Assembly (NCBI GenBank): GCA_048939015.1
Contig: JBHLPW010000104.1
Span: 1 to 10,530 of the forward strand
Reading direction: 5' to 3'
Length of the DNA stretch: 10,530 nucleotides
DNA from: Promethearchaeota archaeon
Lineage (GTDB): Archaea > Asgardarchaeota > Lokiarchaeia > Sigyniarchaeales > SOKP01
The notes beneath the pieces were generated by a model. It saw only the letters and a list, made by a program, of their open reading frames with translations, had not been told where the DNA came from and did no database searches. Position 1 is the first letter of the stretch. Every line of letters starts with the position of its first letter. Position numbers and translations under genes: made by a program. Below, piece by piece: positions 1 to 6,515 of the stretch.

Positions 1-22
1 CAGACGTGTGCTCTTCAGATCT
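1..22 (+). other. Illumina TruSeq adapter remnant (assembly artifact)
   Basis: CAGACGTGTGCTCTTCAGATCT matches the TruSeq read-2 adapter end CAGACGTGTGCTCTTCCGATCT at 21/22 positions (1-16 exact) and sits at the very start of the window. It produces the artifactual 'MLFRS' N-terminus. Confidence 0.93.
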
Positions 23-856
23 ATATTGGAAGGAAAATCAACCCATTTTATTTTGTTTGACACAGCAGGTTATATGCAAACGGTTCTTAATAATCTTATA
101 CAATTTAAGATAAAATTTAATGAAATTGAAAAAATAATAATAAGTCATGGCCATCTAGATCACTATGGAGCACTAATTCCAATTGTTGGCAAACTAAAAG
201 AAGGAAGTGAAATATATTTAAGTCCCATATGCCTCAGAAAAGGCTATTATGCTAGAACTAAATCTGGAAAGGAATTATCTTCCAAAGATTTAGGTAAATC
301 CTTAAAGATCTTAAAAAAAGAGGGGAAAATAACATATGGTAGGAGAACCCCTCTTAATAGAAGTATATTATACAATCGAGCAATCGAAAATAACGTAAGA
401 GTTATTGAATCTACTAAACCTGATAAATTATATGATGGAATAATTACAAGTGGGGAAATTGAAATATTTGATGGGAAAGAACTTCCAAAGGGATTATATC
501 TAGGAACGAGTAAAACTGAATATGATAAACATACATTTAGAGAAGAAATTGCATTATATATTAATATTAAAGACAAAGGTTTAATCGTTATTACTGGATG
601 TAGTCATACAGGTATCATAAATATAATTAAACACGGTCAAAAATTAACTGGTATTAATAAAATCTATGCATTAATTGGTGGATTTCATAAAGAACGGGAA
701 AGTACTGAAGATATTGAAAAAGTGGTTTCTTTTATAGAGGATTTAAATCCAGAAATAACATGTGGTATGCATTGTACAGGTTTTGAATTCAATAGACTCA
801 TGCATCGTCACCCATCACATGTAATGGGAGTAATCGGAACAGAATTTCACTTATAA
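17..856 (+). CDS. MBL-fold metallo-hydrolase, DHPS-like (MJ0301-type) family; 5'-truncated, the ORF-track start at 8 lies in adapter
   Basis: Motifs ILFDTA, ISHGHLDHYG (HxHxDH), ITGCSHTGI, IGGFH and MHCTG typify this MBL subfamily. The usual N-terminal EHGLS-type segment is absent, consistent with truncation. Confidence 0.9.
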   Translation, partial: RSILEGKSTHFILFDTAGYMQTVLNNLIQFKIKFNEIEKIIISHGHLDHYGALIPIVGKLKEGSEIYLSPICLRKGYYARTKSGKELSSKDLGKSLKILKKEGKITYGRRTPLNRSILYNRAIENNVRVIESTKPDKLYDGIITSGEIEIFDGKELPKGLYLGTSKTEYDKHTFREEIALYINIKDKGLIVITGCSHTGIINIIKHGQKLTGINKIYALIGGFHKERESTEDIEKVVSFIEDLNPEITCGMHCTGFEFNRLMHRHPSHVMGVIGTEFHL

Positions 857-873
857 AAATAGTATCATATTAT

Positions 874-1683
874 ATGGAAAAACAAATAATGAATGTATTT
901 CTGGATGAAATTAAGATTGAAACAATTAATTCCTATATTGAAAGAAATTTAGATGATTTTTATATAAAAACTTCTAAACATCACAATTTTGTTTCGCATA
1001 TAGAAAATAAAATAAGTTGGGTTTTAGCTAGCTATGCAGATTGGCCAGATTGTATATTTAGAGCTAATTTTGAAAACTTAGATATTAACAAAGAAATAAA
1101 TAAAGTTAAAAAGTTAATTCAAAAAGGAAAAGCGCCTAATAGTTGGACAGTTGGACCAATGACAAAACCTAATAATTTGGGGTCTTTTCTAGTAAAACAT
1201 GGCTTTTCTAATGTTTATCAACAAGCAGGAATGGCACTTGCACTAAAAAACCTTGAGCAACAAGAAATCAAGACCAATAATTTAAAGATTGAAGAAGTAG
1301 TTAGTGAAGAAACTTTATTTCAATGGTCTAATATTGTTTCCAAAGTATTTAGCATAAAAGTTGATATTTCCTTATTAAAATTTTTATATATACAAGAAGA
1401 AGTTAAATTTTATTTAGGTATATTCGGAGGGAATTATGTTTCCACCCTAATGATGTATCTTTCCTCCGGAGTGGCGGGTCTTCATGCGGTCTCCACATTA
1501 CATGAATATAGAGGTAAAGGATTGGGGCTTTCAATAAGTAAAAAAGCACTGATTGATGCTTTTAAAATGGGATATCATATTGGTGTACTTCAAGCGTCAT
1601 CATTTGGAGAAGGAGTCTACAGAAGGCTAGGATTTCAAAAATATAATGATATAATTTCTTATGCATTAGTAAATGAAGAATAA
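874..1683 (+). CDS. GNAT family N-acetyltransferase
   Basis: C-terminal GNAT domain with acetyl-CoA motif A (VSTLHEYRGKGLG) and LQASSFGEGVYRRLGF. The N-terminal half looks like a degenerate second GNAT-like domain. Confidence 0.88.
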   Translation: MEKQIMNVFLDEIKIETINSYIERNLDDFYIKTSKHHNFVSHIENKISWVLASYADWPDCIFRANFENLDINKEINKVKKLIQKGKAPNSWTVGPMTKPNNLGSFLVKHGFSNVYQQAGMALALKNLEQQEIKTNNLKIEEVVSEETLFQWSNIVSKVFSIKVDISLLKFLYIQEEVKFYLGIFGGNYVSTLMMYLSSGVAGLHAVSTLHEYRGKGLGLSISKKALIDAFKMGYHIGVLQASSFGEGVYRRLGFQKYNDIISYALVNEE

Positions 1684-1692
1684 AATATTTGG

Positions 1693-1708
1693 AGCAAAAA
1701 TTTATATA
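1693..1708 (+). promoter_or_regulatory. BRE/TATA promoter of rnpB
   Basis: AGCAAAAA followed by TTTATATA (1701-1708), about 29-30 nt upstream of the 5' strand of helix P1. Confidence 0.7.
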
Positions 1709-1727
1709 ATAATTTTACCTTTTAAAA

Positions 1728-2060
1728 GAAGACGAGTGAGATATGGAGCTGACGGTGGGCTTGACCTGCTGAGGAACCTCACCCCACACTCCAAGCAAGG
1801 TGTAGAAAACTACTACGGTGAGAATCGTAATTTAGCAACTGAAACGACACTGCCTTCTTACGTATATTAATGACTTGGATATAAGCCAGAGAAATTGTAG
1901 GAGGGAATGGTTGGAACGAGCTAATACCTTGGTGCAAGGCCAAATGAAAGCGTTAATGTACTTGGAGCTAGCTTTAGGTAGGCCGCTTAGTTTGATGCTC
2001 CAACTGATACCTGGCGACGGGATCAGTACAGAAGGGTGGGTATATATCTCAAGCGTCTCT
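1728..2060 (+). ncRNA. rnpB: Ribonuclease P RNA, archaeal type A
   Basis: GC-enriched island. P1: AGACG-AG-TGAGATAT (1730-1744) / ATATCTCA-AG-CGTCT (2044-2058). P2: GGAGC 1745-1749 / GCTCC 1997-2001. CR-I GAGGAACCTCACCC (1771-1784) pairs with CR-V ACAGAAGGGTGGGT (to 2041) as P4 with the bulged U. P6 pseudoknot: CTCCAAG 1789-1795 / CTTGGAG 1961-1967. P7: CAAGGT / ACCTTG. P8: GTAG-AAAA-CTAC. P9: TACGGT-GAGA-ATCGTA. CR-II AACTGAAAC and CR-III TTGGAACG are present, as are GCAAGGCCAAAT, P15 GGCC/GGCC with the L15 GGU, and P19 capped by GCGA. Confidence 0.95.
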
Positions 2061-2098
2061 TTAATTATTCTTTTTAAGTTTATTTAATTAATTTAGTT

Positions 2099-2929
2099 AT
2101 GACAGAAGATAATATTTCATTTGAAAGTCCTGTTCAAGAGACAATGCTTGGTCCTTTATGGGCAAGGGCAAAATTTAGTCAATTATACCCTGAAATATTA
2201 GATGATAAAAAAAGTATTGAAGTTATTAAAAAAATAGACTATGATTTTTCAAAAGTACAAGAATATCTTGGAGAATGGCGAGGTATTGGACTTTTAGTTA
2301 GAGCAAGGAATTTTGATGATGCTCTTAAGAATTATATTAAAAAATTCCCCGAGGCAACAATTATTAATATTGGAGCAGGATTAGATACTACATTTTATCG
2401 TGTAGACAATGGATCTATTAGATGGTATGATCTAGATTTACCTGATGCTATTGAATTTAGAAGAAAATATATACCAGAATCAAATAAGATTTCATATATT
2501 TCGAAATCTGCCTTAGATTATTCTTGGTTTGATGATGTAGAATTTGCTCCAGAAAAGGGTATTTTTTTTATTGCTGGAGGTTTTATTTATTACTTTCAAG
2601 AATCGGAAATTTCTAAATTGTTTGATACTTTAGCTAAAAAATTTCCAAGTGGTGAATTAATTTTTGATTGCGTATCAAATTTAGCTATTAAAATAGCTCA
2701 TAAAAGGGCAAAAAACGCTGGAGCAGAAACACCATTTTGGCATATAGGGATTGGGAATCCAATAAAAACAATTTCTAAGTGGTCTAAGAAGCTTAAAGTT
2801 ATTGATTGGTATACAATGTATGCTCGAATAGAACTAAATCCAAATTTAGCTAAAAAAACACTTAAAATGATAAAAGTGGCTGAACGATTTAAAACAGCAA
2901 AAATAGTCCATATAAAATTTATAGAGTAA
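2099..2929 (+). CDS. Class I SAM-dependent methyltransferase, leucine carboxyl methyltransferase (LCM)/TcmP-like family
   Basis: ETMLGPLWARA, RARNFDD, IINIGAGLDTTFYR (motif I), WYDLDLPDAIEFRRK and FFIAGGFIYYF match this family. Confidence 0.88.
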   Translation: MTEDNISFESPVQETMLGPLWARAKFSQLYPEILDDKKSIEVIKKIDYDFSKVQEYLGEWRGIGLLVRARNFDDALKNYIKKFPEATIINIGAGLDTTFYRVDNGSIRWYDLDLPDAIEFRRKYIPESNKISYISKSALDYSWFDDVEFAPEKGIFFIAGGFIYYFQESEISKLFDTLAKKFPSGELIFDCVSNLAIKIAHKRAKNAGAETPFWHIGIGNPIKTISKWSKKLKVIDWYTMYARIELNPNLAKKTLKMIKVAERFKTAKIVHIKFIE

Positions 2930-2951
2930 TTCAGCTAAGTATCATTGATTA

Positions 2952-3818
2952 TTATTTTGGAGAACCACATTTCGGGCATTTCCATCCCATTGGAAGGTCA
3001 ATTTCTTCTTCATGACCACATTCTAGACAGGTCCAATGAGCTTTTTCAGGTTCGGAATCTTTAATAATATATTTTTTTGGTTTTAAAGATATTCTTTTAA
3101 AATAAGCTTTTGAGCGACCACATGAAACACATTTCCAATCTTCTGGTAATTCTTCTAAAGCTACTTCATATCCACATTCCATACATACCCATCCAGTCGC
3201 TTGTTTTTTTTGGTATGATACTTCTTCAGCTATTAACTTTAATATCTTCCTTTGGAAATAGGATTTATTATGTCCACATGTAGGACAAAGAAAATCATTG
3301 GGTAAATCTTCAATAGGGATTTCATATCCACATGCCATACAATTCCATAAAGTAATTGAATTTCTTTCTGAAAATCCGTTAGTTTCGATTAAATTCAGAA
3401 GCATTTTAAGCCTTTGAGTCTGATTTCTTTTAATTTGTGCAAGTTTTCTTAATTTTTTAGAGATATCTCGATAACCTTCCGTTTCTGCTATATTAATATA
3501 AATAGGATATGTTTTTTGCCAGTCCTCATCCTCTTCTTTTATTAATGATTCAATATTTGTTAATGTTGCACCATAAGTAGTCGGATTCTCGATTTCTATT
3601 TTTAGCGTGTCAAAAAATTCCTCTTTTTTCAATTTTTGCAAAGTTTCATAAAACCAAATTGCATTTGAAAATTTTTGAATAGCAAAATCCCTAAAGGTAT
3701 TAAAAATTAGAATCAGATTTTCCTTTTTTGCAATTTCAGCATAAATTTCGTATCGAATCCTGATTTGTGTTTCTTTTATAAACCCAATCATCAGGTTATT
3801 AATTGTCTGTTTCATCAT
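2952..3818 (-). CDS. Rubrerythrin-like protein: degenerate ferritin-like domain plus three tandem rubredoxin-like (CxxC...CxxC) domains
   Basis: The N-terminus aligns by eye with rubrerythrin helices (TINNL..F..ETQ...RY..YA.IAKKE; TLTN.......E..DW...YP....IAETEGY..I). Three W-x-C-x2-C-G-[YH]-E...C-x2-C-G units start at W158, W210 and W262. Confidence 0.85.
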   Translation of the reverse strand: MMKQTINNLMIGFIKETQIRIRYEIYAEIAKKENLILIFNTFRDFAIQKFSNAIWFYETLQKLKKEEFFDTLKIEIENPTTYGATLTNIESLIKEEDEDWQKTYPIYINIAETEGYRDISKKLRKLAQIKRNQTQRLKMLLNLIETNGFSERNSITLWNCMACGYEIPIEDLPNDFLCPTCGHNKSYFQRKILKLIAEEVSYQKKQATGWVCMECGYEVALEELPEDWKCVSCGRSKAYFKRISLKPKKYIIKDSEPEKAHWTCLECGHEEEIDLPMGWKCPKCGSPK

Positions 3819-3850
3819 TAAAGCCTACTATTATCATATCCTAAAATAAG

Positions 3851-3862
3851 TATATAAATTTT
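3851..3862 (-). promoter_or_regulatory. TATA box upstream of the rubrerythrin-like gene
   Basis: The minus strand reads AAAATTTATATA, with the TATA starting 40 nt upstream of the ATG at 3818. Confidence 0.5.
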
Positions 3863-3873
3863 AAAAAAAAAAA
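3863..3873 (-). terminator. Oligo-T terminator after the SPFH gene
   Basis: Run of 11 T on the minus strand about 40 nt after the SPFH stop, typical of archaeal intrinsic termination. Confidence 0.45.
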
Positions 3874-3910
3874 TATTATTTTATTACTAATTCTCAAGTT
3901 TTCATTTATA

Positions 3911-4681
3911 TTACAATTTTCTAAGTAAATTTCCAATATCAGAGGGCATAAATATCACAATTTTCTGACTAGGTTCATGAGAGATGTCCTGAATTGTTTG
4001 TAAGGATCTCAATTGAATTGCTGCTGGATTTTGAGCTAATAACTCAGCAGCCTTTGCAATATTTTTTGCAGCTTCATATTCTCCTTCGGATGCGATGATC
4101 GTTGCGCGTTTCTCACGTTCCTTTTCTGCTTGTACAGCCATTGCGCGTTTCATATTCTCTGGTAATTCAATAGATTGGATCTTAATTTGAGTAATTTCAA
4201 TCCCCCAATCTCTTGTTTCTTCATCAACAACATTACGTATTTCGTGTGAAATTTTTTCTCTCTGAGTCAACACTTCATCTAATTCCATATTTCCAATAAC
4301 ATCCCTTAACGCACCTTGAGTATAATTAAAAACAGCTCTCATATAGTTTTCGATTTTAGTTGTAGCATATTCTGGATTAACAACTCTATAAAATACACTT
4401 GTGTCAGCAGTTACAGGAATATTGTCTTTAGTTATTATATCTTGTTTAGCGATATCTAAGGTTTTAATCCTTATATCAATCTCTATTGATTTTTCGATAA
4501 GTGGAACAACATAAATTATTCCTGGACCAATAGTTCTTTTATATTTTCCAAAACGAAAAATTATTAGACGTTTATATTCAGTTGCAGTCTTAAAACCTGT
4601 CATAAGCCAGATGAATATAAAAAATAGCACCACCCCAATAACAATTCCTAAAATCATTGTTAGTTCTGAAATTTCAATCAC
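3911..4681 (-). CDS. SPFH/band 7 (stomatin-like) membrane protein
   Basis: N-terminal TM helix, then EYKRLIIFRFGK, GPGIIYVVP, QDIITKDN, LRDVIGNMELDEVL, WGIEITQIKIQ, AMAVQAEKEREKRA and AIQLRSLQT. The start codon is uncertain (GTG 4681, ATT 4672 or ATG 4657). Confidence 0.93.
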   Translation of the reverse strand: MIEISELTMILGIVIGVVLFFIFIWLMTGFKTATEYKRLIIFRFGKYKRTIGPGIIYVVPLIEKSIEIDIRIKTLDIAKQDIITKDNIPVTADTSVFYRVVNPEYATTKIENYMRAVFNYTQGALRDVIGNMELDEVLTQREKISHEIRNVVDEETRDWGIEITQIKIQSIELPENMKRAMAVQAEKEREKRATIIASEGEYEAAKNIAKAAELLAQNPAAIQLRSLQTIQDISHEPSQKIVIFMPSDIGNLLRKL

Positions 4682-4861
4682 TCCTTTAATTATTTATCTT
4701 TTTTTGAAAACTCTTAATAGTTTTTTAGTTAATTGGATAATTATGACATTATAGAAAACTAGAGTATAAAAAGATTCCGTTCAATAATTAAGAAATCACA
4801 ACATTTAAATAGATAACTTATTCAAGTCTCACTTCACATGTTTTAATCAAGCTGCAAGCTT

Positions 4862-6145
4862 TTAAAGATACTTATGGAACTCCCAATCATTTTCTTTTCC
4901 ATTTGCTTTAGCAATTTCATATTCTTGAAGCTCACCATATTTTAAATTTATAAATATTTCCATTAGTTTTTTTCCTAGAGTTTTCTTGATAAAACTACTA
5001 TTTTCAAAAGCTTTTAATGATTCCTCTAAATCTTTTGGGAGTCTCTCAATTTTTAATTCATATCTTTCTTCATCCGTTAAAAGATCAATATTCTTAGATG
5101 TTGGTTGATTTGGTTCAATGTTTCTTCTTATTCCTTCTAATCCAGCAGCTAGTAACAAGGCACTTCCAAGATAAATATTCATCATAGCATCACCTGCTCT
5201 ATATTCAACGCGAGCAGAACTCTCATATCCTGGCACACGCATTAAAGATGTTCTATTTCCTATCCCCCATGAATTAAATACTGGTGCTTCATGATGTGGA
5301 GTTAAAAGTTTATAAGAATTAGTGGTTGGATTTAAAATTGCAGAGATTCCTCTTATATGGTGTTGTATTCCTCCAATGAAGTATCTTAAAATATTACTTA
5401 GACTTCTATCAGAATTACTAAATGCATTAATTCCATTTTTAATAAGATATTGGTGTATGTGTAAACCATTTCCCGCCATATCCTCAAATGGTTTTGGCAT
5501 AAAGGTACAAATAAAATCATTATAATATGCTCTAACTTTAGTAATTAATTTTGCTGTCTGAACGTTATCAGCTTGAATCAATGCGTCATTTGCGGTAAAC
5601 TCAACCTCATGTTGACCAAAACCCACCTCATGGTGTATAGTTTTTACTCCAATATTCATATTTATCATATCATCAGTAATCTGACGGCGAAGATCTTGGA
5701 ATTTATCCTTCGGAAACATATCCATATATGTTCCTTTATCAGCGGGTTTCAAGTCTTTTGTGATGAAGTACCATTCTAGTTCAGGCCTTGTTTTATATTC
5801 GAATTGCATAGAATGCGCTTTTGAAATAACTTTTTTTAATACCCCTCTAGGACATGTAGGATAAGGTTTATTATTATTATCTGTTAAATCACAGATAAAA
5901 CGTCCTACTCTTGGGTTCCAAGGAAGCACCGCAAACGTTTCATAATCTGGTACAATTCTCATATCACTTTGTTCTGTAGTAAGAAAACCTAAACTAGAAC
6001 CATCAATACCAGTTCCACTTTTTAAATCCTCCCAAATTTCTACAGGAAACTCGACAACTTTAAATTCACCTAAAATTGTAGTAAATTGAAATTGAATATA
6101 GTCTATTTTTTTTTCTTCAAAAGAAGACTTCTCAAATTTTGTCAT
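4862..6145 (-). CDS. glnA: Glutamine synthetase type I family protein
   Basis: IDGSS, SDMRIVPD, CPRGVL, PELEWY, HHEVGFGQHEV, TFMPKP..AGNGLHIH, NSYKLL....EAP, NRTSLMRVP and RVEYR. Fold assignment is secure; substrate specificity is not (see findings). Confidence 0.88.
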   Translation of the reverse strand: MTKFEKSSFEEKKIDYIQFQFTTILGEFKVVEFPVEIWEDLKSGTGIDGSSLGFLTTEQSDMRIVPDYETFAVLPWNPRVGRFICDLTDNNNKPYPTCPRGVLKKVISKAHSMQFEYKTRPELEWYFITKDLKPADKGTYMDMFPKDKFQDLRRQITDDMINMNIGVKTIHHEVGFGQHEVEFTANDALIQADNVQTAKLITKVRAYYNDFICTFMPKPFEDMAGNGLHIHQYLIKNGINAFSNSDRSLSNILRYFIGGIQHHIRGISAILNPTTNSYKLLTPHHEAPVFNSWGIGNRTSLMRVPGYESSARVEYRAGDAMMNIYLGSALLLAAGLEGIRRNIEPNQPTSKNIDLLTDEERYELKIERLPKDLEESLKAFENSSFIKKTLGKKLMEIFINLKYGELQEYEIAKANGKENDWEFHKYL

Positions 6146-6175
6146 TTCTTAACCTTTTGTTTTTTTTATGAAATC

Positions 6176-6382
6176 TCAGCTTTTTAATACTAAACTTGCA
6201 AAATATTCAAAATCTCGATTATATGTTTTCTCCGCTTCTTTGGAAATCTTAGCAAAAACACATCCTGGTAATTGTTTCATAGATAAATGATATTCCAAAC
6301 ATTCACAACATTTACCTCTTCTATGACAATCATAAGTACATGCACAATCTTTGTTTCTTTGTTCTTGATTACACTCAGTCAT
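6176..6382 (-). CDS. Small Cys-rich protein, DUF6485-like
   Basis: Pattern C-x8-CxC-x3-C-x5-CCxC-x3-H-x5-LPGC...EKTYNR resembles the small conserved family I recall as DUF6485 (not searched). It lies 30 nt upstream of glnA on the same strand. Confidence 0.8.
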   Translation of the reverse strand: MTECNQEQRNKDCACTYDCHRRGKCCECLEYHLSMKQLPGCVFAKISKEAEKTYNRDFEYFASLVLKS

Positions 6383-6515
6383 ATTTATATTAATAATAAT
6401 TTTTCTCTTTAACCTTTTATGTAGGTTAAATAAAGTATAACTTTTAAAATTGGAAGAATTGAATATATCCTCAAATTTTTGAAAAATAAATAAGAAAAAA
6501 ATAATTAAAAAAACT

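Noticed and set aside
247-576. 109-aa minus-strand ORF
   Set aside because: Antisense shadow of the well-supported MBL gene.
1673-2087. ORFs 1673..1870 and 1875..2087 (+)
   Set aside because: They overlap the RNase P RNA and have no protein motifs; they likely stay open because of the RNA's higher GC content.
4707-4724. AAAACT-N6-AGTTTT inverted repeat upstream of the SPFH gene
   Set aside because: Only 6 bp and almost all A/T, so expected by chance.
5322-5779. Two short + strand ORFs (5322..5525 and 5573..5779)
   Set aside because: Antisense to conserved glutamine synthetase motifs; the CVIC in the second has no partner knuckle.
6149-6178. Selenocysteine read-through of the DUF6485-like TGA
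   Set aside because: Read-through adds only DFIKKTKG before TAA, the TGA is outside the Cys motif, and I saw no convincing SECIS.
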